The translations under genes and the position numbers were made by a program. 64,000 bases of DNA from a virus. Lineage: Duplodnaviria > Caudoviricetes. Below are positions 1 to 9,543 of this stretch, one piece after another. Every line of letters begins with the position of its first letter. Position 1 is the first letter of the stretch. The notes beneath the pieces are model-generated. The model saw nothing but the letters and a program-made list of their open reading frames with translations, was not told where the DNA came from and made no database searches. The stretch spans positions 125,902-189,901 of IMG/VR virus record IMGVR_UViG_3300042275_000518; one strand, 5' to 3'.

Positions 1-2693
1 TATTGGATTGCGTTACCCATATTTTAATTTTGTTCAGTTAAGCTCGCTAAACTTAACTCGCTTTCGCAGCTCATACTTTCATATGAGATCAGACTATATC
101 TTCATCCTATTATTCTAATAGGAGCTTTCCGTTTCCACTCGCTTGAGTGTACTCTACTCCTCCCAATTTTATATCTTTGAGATTTTCGATAGTCGTTGAA
201 CTTTCTAAAATTTTAATTAATTTATCTATCCTCATGGTTGTTAAATTCTTAATTTCTAGAAAATTATAACCTTTAGATAGTGCCTTCTCTTTTTTTGTTT
301 TATCTACAAGTCGTCTGTGTTTTAAATCATCATCTGTCATATTTCATTTCTTTTTATAGTGTTGTTGTCCGTGCAATTCTAATATTAAATTAAATTTAGG
401 TATATAAAAATCAAAAGGTCTTGATTTCAGATATTCATCGGTATCGATCTTGAAATTAAATATACTTTCTATTTTAATATTATTTTGAAAATATTTTTCT
501 GGCCTAGACATATTTTCATATTTAGAACACTCCGGACATCCTTGAAAATTATATTTATGTTTTCCTGGTAATATTTCAAAATCACCATGTATTGGACACG
601 TTACTATAATTTTTTTATTCATATTAATATACTCTGTTTTAGAATAGTCATATTTATTTTCGAATATATTATTACAAATATTAGTGAATTTATTTTTTTC
701 TAACAGATTTCTTTTAATATTATCTTTTTGTGTGTTTTCCATACCACATTTTTCACAACCACCATGTATAGTTGCAAAAAGATGATTGTTTGGTGTTACT
801 AAAAATTCACCATGTTTTATACAATTTATTCTTACTTTTTTCTTATTATGTTCATAAACTGTATTTTCATATGTAAATCTTTTACTAAATTTTTCTTTAG
901 ACTTGTTTATAAAACTTTCAGTTGTAACTTTAATCGGCATAATATGCACCTCCTATAAATTATTGTTTATAGTACTGAGTTGCATTTCTTAAAATTTTAG
1001 CTTAGCTGCTGATTGTCTTCGTCATTACACGGTCAGAGTTTCCAGCAATTAGAAAAGTGATTATTCCCAGGCAGTTACGCAATAGTTTACCAGGGATTGT
1101 TTCCATTTATGTTCAGTTAAGTTCGCTAATCTTAACCCGCTTTCGCAGCTCATATTTTCATATGAGATCAGACTATATCATCATCTTTTTATAAAGATGT
1201 CTTGCGCTTCCACTCGCCTGAGTGTACTTCCTTTCGGAATAGTCGTTGAACGTTCCTCTTAATTGAGGCTTCGCTGCTGATTGTCTTCGTCATTACACGG
1301 TCAGAGTTTCCAGCAATTCACAAGATTTTACAATATATAATTTCTTATATATGGGACAAAATTTATCCTGTTTCAAATAGTTGATATTCGCCTTTGTTGG
1401 GAATATACTTGTTGAAACTTTTTGATTAATGTGGTTGATAAAGATAACAATAATATTTGCTTCTTTACATGGTTGTACTAATCTTTTCATTCATTATGTT
1501 CAATTAAGCTCGCTAGACTCAACCCGCTTTCGCAGCTCATACTTTCATATGAGATCAGACTATATCTTCATCCAATTTATATATTGGAGCTCCTTGTTTC
1601 CACTCGCTTGAGTGTACTCTACTCACTTCCATCTTTCGATGTGTTTTCGATAGTCGTTGAACTTATATTATTTCATAATATAAGCTGCTGATTGTCCTCG
1701 TCTTTACGTTAGGAGTTTCCAGCAATTAAAGAAGTTTCCTATTGTATATTACTATACAATGAGCCAATCACTTAGCTGTGTGTTTGCTTTTGCTGCCGTT
1801 GTCTTTCATGTTACGAATGTTCGTTAAACATTCTCTATATATTTCTATATAGAACAGACTATATCATCATGTTAAAACTATTTAACATGCCTTGCGCTTC
1901 GAACTCACTTGAGTCCTACTCTACTCAGTTATTCATTCAGATTAAGTTCTGAATTATCTTTTCGATAGTCGTTGAACGTTCCTCTTACTTAGTAGAGGCT
2001 TCGCTGCTGATTGTCTTCACCATTATGTGGTCAGAGTTTCCAGCAATTCACAAGGTTTTCTATTTAATAACAATAATAATTTATTATTAAAAAGGGCCTA
2101 CATTTTTAAGCCGACATTTGTCCAGACATTTCATCTGAAAACATATCATCTCTTGGCATCATCATTGCTGCAGAGTCAACTATCATAATAGTTGGCGGTA
2201 GCATTGTTTTTAATTGTCCAGTTTTATGGTCGATAAATCCCTCTTTGTTTTCAATTGTAAGTTCTTTCTTATACTTCAATTTAAGAGTTTTAATTTGCTT
2301 AACCATTTCTAAGACAGTTTCGGTTGCAATACCTGTTTGTTTTACTGTAACCTTTTCATCATACTCTTCATCCGTTAGGCCTGTTACGGCTTTAATACGT
2401 GCTTCACCATGTGATTGCTCAAAGTCTAATATAAACAAAGAACTTTGTTCATATCTCTTTAAGATATTTCCAGCGATTTGAAGAGCCATTGTTGATTTAC
2501 CTGAACCTGGTTTTCCGATAATTGTGACAACTTTTCCAGCGTCAATACCAAGATTAAGATTGTGTCTGCCACGATTACCGTTTAAGTAATCTAAAATTGG
2601 CAAACCAGTTTTAATCATCATTTGGTCATCGGCATAACCGAATTTAGGATCATCAATGATTTCTTTTAATTCTCCTATAAAATTTTTTCCCAC
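1..2693 (-). CDS. recA: RecA/UvsX-like recombinase, spliced. Exons 2109-2693, 1774-1802, 1365-1491, 1089-1103 and <1-17 (continues beyond the window)
   Basis: Walker A GKPGSGKS, LDFEQ, Walker B IMIVDS. GTG start at 2693 after GGAGG. Removing four introns gives a continuous frame ...SGQMSA|TTAAKANTQL|MKRLVQPCKEANIIVIFINHINQK...YLKQD|ETIPG|GNAIQY, with RecA-type INH and PGG motifs. Confidence 0.9.
18..1088 (-). mobile_element. Group I intron 4 of recA (1071 nt) carrying a homing endonuclease
   Basis: Core motifs flank an ORF. Intron 5' segment ATTGCGTAACT can pair (P10) with 3' exon GGTAACGCAAT; terminal G at 18. Confidence 0.9.
110..940 (-). CDS. Intron-encoded homing endonuclease (CxxH/CxxC zinc-ribbon repeats plus C-terminal PD-(D/E)XK/Vsr-like domain), 276 aa with one TGA=Trp at 344-346
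   Basis: ORFs 344..949 and 110..340 are in the same frame, separated only by TGA AAT. FDFYIP..ILELHGQQHYKKK[W]NMTDDDLK..DKTKKEKA..GYNFLEI completes the nuclease domain. SD GGAGG, ATG at 940. Confidence 0.85.
1104..1364 (-). mobile_element. Group I intron 3 of recA (261 nt, no ORF)
   Basis: P1 GGAU/GUCC, conserved core, terminal G at 1104 followed by the 15-nt exon GAA ACA ATC CCT GGT. Confidence 0.9.
1492..1773 (-). mobile_element. Group I intron 2 of recA (282 nt, no ORF)
   Basis: P1 AGCU/GGCU, same P/Q/R/S core, terminal G at 1492; the junction CT|A forms a Leu codon before ATG AAA AGA. Confidence 0.9.
1803..2108 (-). mobile_element. Group I intron 1 of recA (306 nt, no ORF)
   Basis: 5' exon ends in U (GGCU pairs with intron GGCC). 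Core AATTGCTGGAAAC..AATCAGCAG..TTCAACGACTA..GATATAGTCT, terminal G at 1803, frame restored. Confidence 0.9.
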
Positions 2694-2788
2694 TGTGTTT
2701 CCTCCTCTAGTAATAATATTATGTTTCGGGATATTTAAAGCTTTCAATTCTGAGTTATATGCTACAACCATTACATCAACTCAAGGTT

Positions 2789-2796
2789 ATAATATA
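2789..2796 (-). promoter_or_regulatory. Early-type promoter motif TATATTAT (representative). Also at 4285, 9818, 15121, 19072, 28174 and 31148, all - strand
   Basis: Recurs at the heads of minus-strand operons; resembles phiKZ/AR9 early promoter motifs. Confidence 0.7.
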
Positions 2797-2820
2797 TTAT
2801 TATAAAAAAATATGAAAATG

Positions 2821-2832
2821 AACAATTATTTA
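2821..2832 (+). promoter_or_regulatory. Late-type promoter motif AACA-N6-TA (representative). Also + strand at 3412, 4336, 15157, 16313, 31752, 32295, 35208, 36150, 55671, 58794; - strand at 956-967, 9566-9577, 30201-30212, 31715-31726
   Basis: The same spaced motif recurs about 15-60 nt upstream of start codons; it resembles the AR9 non-virion RNAP late promoter consensus. Confidence 0.75.
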
Positions 2833-2857
2833 TAATGAATATAAAACTAGGAGTGAT

Positions 2858-3208
2858 ATGATGGAAACTACAACTGTTATTTATATACTTGGAAAATTAG
2901 GTTATACAACTGACGTATGGTCAGGTTATAACGACATTCCTTTACTTACAATGCTACAAGATACAAATCTTCTTATTCATCCTGAATATATGAGAATAAA
3001 ATTTAATACAACTCAGGAAATAATTGAAATTGTATATGGAAAACAAACTGAAACTGGATTTATATCTCATGATGGTTCAACTACAAATTATGAACCTGAT
3101 AGTTTTATTCCTTTTTCTGAAGTTTGTGCAATAATTACTTCTGTATATAGATCTCCTTATGGAACTTATTATACAAAATTTTTTGGAAGTAAAGATAAAA
3201 TGCAATAA
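2858..3208 (+). CDS. Hypothetical late protein, paralog of the 16.3-18.6 kb family
   Basis: SD GGAGTG, upstream AACA-N6-TA; shares the KFNTTQEII / FIPFSEVCAII pattern with 16351-18628 genes. Confidence 0.75.
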   Translation: MMETTTVIYILGKLGYTTDVWSGYNDIPLLTMLQDTNLLIHPEYMRIKFNTTQEIIEIVYGKQTETGFISHDGSTTNYEPDSFIPFSEVCAIITSVYRSPYGTYYTKFFGSKDKMQ

Positions 3209-3438
3209 TAAATTAAGAATACTTTTTTAGTATTCTTTTATTTTATTTATTAATTTATAATAATAATTAATATATAATATAAATTATTATAATATTATTA
3301 TTTTATTATAATATTTATAATAATATATTCGAATTCCCCCTTATTATTAATTATTTGTTTTTCAGATATATAAACTTTTAAATTCTCAAAAATAAAAGTT
3401 AAAAATTAAATAACAAAACATTATATCCACAAAGGAGG

Positions 3439-3774
3439 ATGAAAATTATGTTTGAATCGATTTATGAAATTCTTATTATTATATCATTATTACTAGGTAT
3501 TGTAGGTACAGTTGCAGGATGGTTTAAGTCTGAAAAAGCTAAAAAGATTGCAAAGAGTACAAATTATGTTAAAGACCAAGTTGAAAAATTTGTATTAGTT
3601 GCTGAGAATCTTCAAGGTATGACAGGTCCTGAAAAGAAAAAATATGTTATGCAGGCTGTAGCTGAAAAAGCACAATCAATGGGTTACAATGTAAAAGCAG
3701 AAGAAATTGACAAAACTATTGAGAATGTTATTAACATTACAAAACGAGTAAACGTAAAAAAAGAAGAAGAATAA
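3439..3774 (+). CDS. Phage holin, LL-H-like (start may be 3448)
   Basis: Single N-terminal TM helix followed by VAENL..GPEKKKYV..EEIDKTIENVI, typical of LL-H family holins. Confidence 0.65.
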   Translation: MKIMFESIYEILIIISLLLGIVGTVAGWFKSEKAKKIAKSTNYVKDQVEKFVLVAENLQGMTGPEKKKYVMQAVAEKAQSMGYNVKAEEIDKTIENVINITKRVNVKKEEE

Positions 3775-3780
3775 AAAAAA

Positions 3781-3810
3781 AAGAATGATGAGGAAACTCA
3801 TCATTTCTTT
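3781..3810. terminator. Bidirectional intrinsic terminator between convergent genes
   Basis: Inverted repeat AATGATGAG-GAAA-CTCATCATT flanked by A and T runs. Confidence 0.75.
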
Positions 3811-4241
3811 TTATAAAGAGACATTAATTGTGGTCCTCTTCGACCATTAATTTCAACAAATTCAGTTGGAATTAATTCTGGTCTGTGAACACCAGAAACA
3901 TAGACATTTTCACGTCCACGTTGATCTTTAAGAATTTCAACATTTTTCAAAGAAGATTTTTTTATGATCTTCTTCTCTTTTAAATTAAAGTATCCATTTT
4001 GGACTGGAACTTTAATTTCTTTAAGATTTTTGTCATTACTTCCTAATGAAACAGTTCGCCCATTAGGTAAAACAACATAATCCCAAGCAGGTGGAGATGT
4101 TACACCACCTTTATAAACTAAAAATGTAAGCTTTTGATCTGCGGAAAAGACAACTCTTGAATCTTTTCCATATGTATCAAGCCTCTTCGATTTTTTATCA
4201 AAGATCCCCCATACAACTTGTAATGATAGAGTTTTAGACAT
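3801..4241 (-). CDS. Hypothetical early protein ending in TGA TGA
   Basis: SD GGAGGTG, upstream TATATTAT motif; the stop lies inside the terminator hairpin. Confidence 0.75.
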   Translation of the reverse strand: MSKTLSLQVVWGIFDKKSKRLDTYGKDSRVVFSADQKLTFLVYKGGVTSPPAWDYVVLPNGRTVSLGSNDKNLKEIKVPVQNGYFNLKEKKIIKKSSLKNVEILKDQRGRENVYVSGVHRPELIPTEFVEINGRRGPQLMSLYKKK

Positions 4242-4384
4242 TTAAAACACCTCCATTTTATAATTTATCTTTTACTCCATATTTATAATATATAATTTAA
4301 AAATGATATTTACCATTTTTCTTTTAAAAGAGACTAACAATTATTTATAAACATTAGTTTCACCATTAAATAGGAGGTAAATAA

Positions 4385-5878
4385 ATGAAAATAGTTACAA
4401 CTGATAGTTTTACAAAGAAAATTAAAGAAAAATTTAATACTACATATTCTGTATTGGGAGAGTACAAAGATCAGTATACACCAATAGAGATTAAATGTAA
4501 TAAATGCAATAATATATTTAGTATCACACCAAAATCCTTACTATCTAAAAATAAAGGAACTTGTAGGTATTGCGCTTCTAGAAAAAATACAGATCAGTTT
4601 AAAAAAGAGGTATATGATTTAGTCGAAAATGAGTACACTGTATTAGGAGAATATGAAACAAATAAAACTCCAATACGTATAAGACATAATAAATGTGGTC
4701 ATGAATATATGACTACTCCTATAAATTTCTTAGGTCTAAGCAATAGAAAAGGTCGTAGGTGTCCCAAATGTGCAAATAAAAATCAAACAACAGATGATTT
4801 TAAGAAGCGTGTATATAAAATGGTTGAAAATGAGTACACTGTATTAGGAGAATATGAAAACTCAGATACAAAAATTTTAATGAAACATAACACTTGTGGT
4901 CATGAATATAATGTTAGAGCTGGATTATTTTTATATAATAATCGCAGATGTCCTAAATGTTGTCCAGTTCAATATGGTTCTTCATATAAAGAAAAAAATC
5001 TTCAAAATTTTATTGAAAGCATATATGATGGAGAAATAAAAATGAATGAAAGATTTTACTATGATAGTGAAAACCCAAAAAAATATTATGAATTAGATAT
5101 TTATATTCCTGATATAAAAATAGGAATTGAATTTAATGGTCTAGTATGGCATAGTGATTCTAAAAAAGATAAATATAATATTTTAAATAAGATGAACCAT
5201 TTTAACAATGAGGGTATTAGAGTGATAAATATATTCGAAGATGAATGGGATCAAAAACAGAATATTGTAAAAAATAAAATTCAAAATATTCTAAATGTTT
5301 CTAATCTTGATAGAATATATGCTAGAAATACAGTTATACTAAAAATAAATAACGAACAGAAAAAAGAATTTCTAAATAATTTTCATATTCAAGGTTCTGA
5401 TAATTCAAGTATTAAATATGGGTTATTTTATAAAAATGAGCTAGTCGCTGTGATGACTTTTTCTAGACTGAGGAAAGTGCTAGGAAGTAAACCACAAGAT
5501 AACTATTTTGAATTATCTAGATTTGCAACTTCAAAAAAAGTCGTTGGAGGGTTCAGTAAATTATTAAAAAATATTATAAAAATGCATCCAGAAATTCATA
5601 ATATACGAACATACGCAGATCTTAGATGGAGTTCAAAAGATGTTAATATGTATCAATCTAATGGTTTTGTATTAGATCATATCTCAAAGCCAGGCTATTT
5701 TTATTGCGATAATTTAAACCGATATCACCGTTTTAACTTTAGAAAGAATATATTAGAAGAAAAATTTCCAGAATATTATGATAAAAACCTAACTGAGTTC
5801 CAAATTATGGATAAGACAAATTATTATAGAATTTGGGATTGTGGAAATTTAGTTTACGAAATGAAAATAAAAAGATAA
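4385..5878 (+). CDS. Free-standing homing endonuclease (zinc-ribbon repeats, PD-(D/E)XK domain, Hef-like C-terminal domain)
   Basis: Repeated YTVLGEY..HNKCGHEY..RCPKC units; ELDIYIP..IGIEFNGLVWHS; C-terminal ELSRFAT..YADLRWS..RIWDCGN. Confidence 0.8.
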   Translation: MKIVTTDSFTKKIKEKFNTTYSVLGEYKDQYTPIEIKCNKCNNIFSITPKSLLSKNKGTCRYCASRKNTDQFKKEVYDLVENEYTVLGEYETNKTPIRIRHNKCGHEYMTTPINFLGLSNRKGRRCPKCANKNQTTDDFKKRVYKMVENEYTVLGEYENSDTKILMKHNTCGHEYNVRAGLFLYNNRRCPKCCPVQYGSSYKEKNLQNFIESIYDGEIKMNERFYYDSENPKKYYELDIYIPDIKIGIEFNGLVWHSDSKKDKYNILNKMNHFNNEGIRVINIFEDEWDQKQNIVKNKIQNILNVSNLDRIYARNTVILKINNEQKKEFLNNFHIQGSDNSSIKYGLFYKNELVAVMTFSRLRKVLGSKPQDNYFELSRFATSKKVVGGFSKLLKNIIKMHPEIHNIRTYADLRWSSKDVNMYQSNGFVLDHISKPGYFYCDNLNRYHRFNFRKNILEEKFPEYYDKNLTEFQIMDKTNYYRIWDCGNLVYEMKIKR

Positions 5879-5888
5879 ACCTTTTGGT

Positions 5889-6927
5889 TTATCTTTCTTT
5901 TGTATCTTGTTCCTGCGTATATGCAGTTTTTAAACTACGTGTTATCAGATCTGATTTAATTCCAGAACCTAATAAATATACATTCATCGTGTTAATTGTA
6001 GTTGATCTTGTTAAATCATTTTCTAAACTGTCAAGACTTACATAACCATCTTTTGCAATACTTCTATACATATCCTGCTTAGCAACTTGATTGTCTGCAC
6101 GAGGTCCTAAGAACTCTTTCAAAACAGCATCTGCATTTAATGCGGTCAACATAAAAGTTTCTGGGTCTGATAAAGATGCAACTTTTGATTCACCTTTAAC
6201 AGTACCAGTTTTTAATGTTATATCTTCTGTATCAAACGCATAACGATTTTTCTTAGCCAAGAGTTGCTGTACGCGCTTAATGTGAACATCGTTTTATGTT
6301 TAATCGAATTCGTTATTTCCGATTTGCTTTCGCACTCATATTTTCATATGAGACCAGACTATATCTTCACCCTTTCGGGGTTCCCAGTTTCCATCCACTT
6401 GGATGTACTCTACTTTACTATATTTCAAGCGTTTCGATAGTCGTTGAACGTTCCTCTTAATTGAGGCTTCGCTGCTGATCGCCCAATCTTTCAGATTTTC
6501 AAACCTTCACGATTACCTTTGCAGGTTGCGTTGTGGTTCTGAAAGCTCTAAGGGGTTTCCAGCAATTAAGGGAATTTTAGTTGAGCTAGTATTTCAACCC
6601 AACAGGTACTCTCATTTTAGTCCTTATTCCATCTGGGTCATTATGACGGTACCAAACATATTCTTCTAATGGTATTTTTAGATATTCAGCCGCGCTTTTA
6701 ATCTGAGTCATCTTCATTTCTTCAAATGGTAGTTGGAACATTTGAATTGTATCGTCTAATTCATGACCCATACTATTTGCCCATTTTTCAAATTCATCAT
6801 TTGACATTGTTTTAAACATACCTTGATATCTTTTATAGTTTGCCATTTTATCATTATCCATAAGTTTAACAACTTCAAGAACCATGGTTTCTATTTTTTG
6901 TCTCTTCTGAGGTGTAAGTTTTCCCAT
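5889..6927 (-). CDS. Multisubunit RNA polymerase beta-like C-terminal subunit (probably virion RNAP), spliced: exons 6597-6927 and 5889-6289, 243 aa
   Basis: Splicing gives KMRVPVG-Y-VHIKRVQQLLAKK, resembling the beta C-terminal VG..Y..KL region. The small split-subunit size fits phiKZ/AR9-type RNAPs. Exons sum to 732 nt in frame. Confidence 0.75.
6290..6596 (-). mobile_element. Group I intron in the RNAP subunit gene (307 nt, no ORF)
   Basis: P1 GUUGGGU/GCUCAAC, conserved core, terminal G at 6290; T|AT forms Tyr. Confidence 0.9.
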
Positions 6928-8249
6928 TAGCTAACACTCCTTGCAAATTTTTTTGCATCTTCTTTAGATTTAAATCGATGAAAAGCTCTGTGAGACCATC
7001 CATACCAAAGTTGCTCATCTTCACTGAACCCAACCGATACTACATCTGAATCTGGACTACTCGGTTGTAGCTGGGTTAAGTTTCAAACTTTTGTATATTG
7101 TTTTAAGTCTTTATCTAAGCCAATATAATAATTTTCTTTCGTATATCAGCTATAAAAACCTTCTAAACCTTTTTTCTCTGAAGGTTTATAATAATATATT
7201 TCACCGTTTATGTCAATAGTCTTATTATTTTCTTGAAGCATTTCAGTAGCTAAATAATCTTCAATAGACTTAATCATAGCACCAGCTTTATTTATAGCTT
7301 CTTTAATCTTTTCATTATATTCAAGTCTTTCAATTGCTTTATAAACCATACTATTCATACTATATCTTGGATCTTCATGTTCATACTGTATTGACACTTT
7401 AAAAGGCATTTCTTCATATCCTTCTACCATAAAAGATCTTAAAATATGTTTTCCAATTTTTAAGCGATCAACATCCGCACGAATTTCATTAAGTTTCCCT
7501 GATAAATAATCGCGTTTTTCCTTTTCTGAAAGATCCTGTTTTTTGCTGTCATAGCTCATATAAACTTCAGCTTCCATTATGTCTCTTTCATTTTCAGATA
7601 AAGCAAGATCAAAACCATCCATGAAAAATTTAGCAAGTTCCATAACATATGAGTATGGTACTTTTGTAGTATTTTTTCCAGCTTTCTTTTCCCAGGTATC
7701 AGTTAACAAATTGTATATATTTTCAAATCTTTTAGTTTCTGTTGCTTGAGGATCATCTGGAGTACCAACCCAAAAATTGATTGGATGGCTTGTTCCTTCA
7801 AGCATATTTCCATTTGGAAGAGTTTTTCTTAAAGTCCAAATTTCTTTATCTGGATCTTTTAGTTTAACAACTAGATTTATGTCTATATCCGCAGTATTGT
7901 TGAACTGGAAACCTGACATTGAACCAATTAATCTCATATGAACTATTTCAAATTTAAAGTTCAATTGTTTACGCCATTCATCTAATATATTCATAATTTG
8001 TTTTTTAGCTTCAGGTCTCATTTTTTCATTTTTATCGAATAAGTCTTCTGACCGTGTATTTTGTATAGGATCAAATACTGATTCTTTAATTATATCATTC
8101 CTGATTTCTTCAAATAAATTTAGCGACATCCCAGGATAAATTATATTTTTTTCAATTTTTCTTTTAAGGGATTCACTTATAGAAACAAATGAAGCTAAAT
8201 CTTTTGAATCATCATACATCTTTTGTAAAGTTTCTTTTAATGTTTTCAT
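6927..8249 (-). CDS. Pol-beta-superfamily nucleotidyltransferase-like protein, 440 aa with TGA=Trp at 7146-7148 and 7083-7085
   Basis: LIGSMSGFQFNNTADIDINL (GS..DxD). Reading both TGA as sense extends the ORF 73 codons (..VGFSEDEQLWYGWSHRAF..FARSVS) to a TAA overlapping the next ATG (TAATG). Confidence 0.75.
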
Positions 8250-8256
8250 AGTTTCA

Positions 8257-9543
8257 CTATCCCTTCTGTATAACAAGAACAAAATAAAAAAATACTGCAT
8301 TTTTTAGTTTTGCCTGTTGTGTCTTTCCAAAATTTAAATATTCTACACTGTAAGCTTTTAAAAATTCTTCTAGCATCTTTTTAACATTTAGCATATTTCT
8401 ATCTTTTGTATTAGGACTCTTAAATATTTTTAGTGATGCTGTTAAGAATGTTGGAGTTCTTAAGTCTTTTGCTGAATACTTGGTTCCTGTATGTGAATCT
8501 ATATTGAATAAAAAAGATCCAATAATACTCTCGATAAAATCTGGTAGTTGTCTGTATTTGTTATCAACTATTTCAGATACAGTGTTTTTAAGTATATCTG
8601 TATATAGACCTGAATATTTATAACTTCCATATGATTTTGTTTTATCAACGAATCCATATTTAGCAGCAATTTCAATTAATTCTTCATCGATTGGAGATTT
8701 AAGCAATCCACTAACAGCTTTCTTAACCATTTGGTCTTTAACTGCTGCGTCACTTTTAATATCACGAGCAAAATCTTGCCCTTCACTATCATCTGTACCT
8801 TCAAAAGTACTGTCTTCAAATGGAAGATACTTTCCCTTGTTCTTTTGATACTCATTGTATATAGATTTCATGAAACTTGAAATTCTACTTTGAATACCAG
8901 CGGTATAGATAACGTGAATATCTTTATCGCTAATCATATCAGATGTTAAAGTTGGTAAATAGTTTTTAAATGAACTATCAGCCATCTTTTCTAACACACC
9001 AATAACACTGCCTTGTTTTTTAATATCAAAGCGTTCGGTTAAGTTTTCAATAGTATACATCATTTGATCTTCATTCACACCATATTTAAAATGTCTAAAA
9101 ACTACACTTGCATATGGTTTATAAAATGCTGATAAATAAAGCATCTCAGCTTCTTTTTTCTTATTTTGACTATACAACTCGCCACTTGCTAATATTAATG
9201 GAATAGAAAATATCATCTGATCCATTAATTGAAAGTTTCCAAATTTAGAAAAATATGGAGATTCTTTAATAGCAGCAGTAATTTCTTTTTTATCAATTCC
9301 GAATATTTTAAGTATATTGTCTTGCATATCATCATTAATTAAAAGCTGACGACCAACAATATTTGTTTGTAGAATATTTGAGTTCTTATCTGCAAATTTA
9401 GAAAGTTCTCTCATAAGTGGATTTAAAAAGATGCTTTTCTTAGCAACTGCCTCTTTAACTAATGGCCTAATTTGGTCATTAATCATTGTTGCAGCTTCTA
9501 ATTCTTTTTTAGTAAAAGTAGCTTCTTGTAGTATTTCTGCCAT
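8257..9543 (-). CDS. Hypothetical 428-aa protein, first gene of a late operon (possible virion protein)
   Basis: Long ORF, SD AAGGAG, AACA-N6-TA at 9566-9577. Confidence 0.8.
   Translation of the reverse strand: MAEILQEATFTKKELEAATMINDQIRPLVKEAVAKKSIFLNPLMRELSKFADKNSNILQTNIVGRQLLINDDMQDNILKIFGIDKKEITAAIKESPYFSKFGNFQLMDQMIFSIPLILASGELYSQNKKKEAEMLYLSAFYKPYASVVFRHFKYGVNEDQMMYTIENLTERFDIKKQGSVIGVLEKMADSSFKNYLPTLTSDMISDKDIHVIYTAGIQSRISSFMKSIYNEYQKNKGKYLPFEDSTFEGTDDSEGQDFARDIKSDAAVKDQMVKKAVSGLLKSPIDEELIEIAAKYGFVDKTKSYGSYKYSGLYTDILKNTVSEIVDNKYRQLPDFIESIIGSFLFNIDSHTGTKYSAKDLRTPTFLTASLKIFKSPNTKDRNMLNVKKMLEEFLKAYSVEYLNFGKTQQAKLKNAVFFYFVLVIQKG

Noticed and set aside
1293-1364. C-terminal part of ORF 1293..1490 (KFCPIYKK...), and likewise the ORF tails at 6586-6596 and 30317-30340 and the ORF start at 29076-29087
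   Set aside because: These are translations of intron sequence beyond the splice sites.
18-2108. Recurring ~40-nt repeats as a CRISPR array
   Set aside because: They are conserved group I intron core elements spaced hundreds of nt apart, without regular spacers or cas genes.
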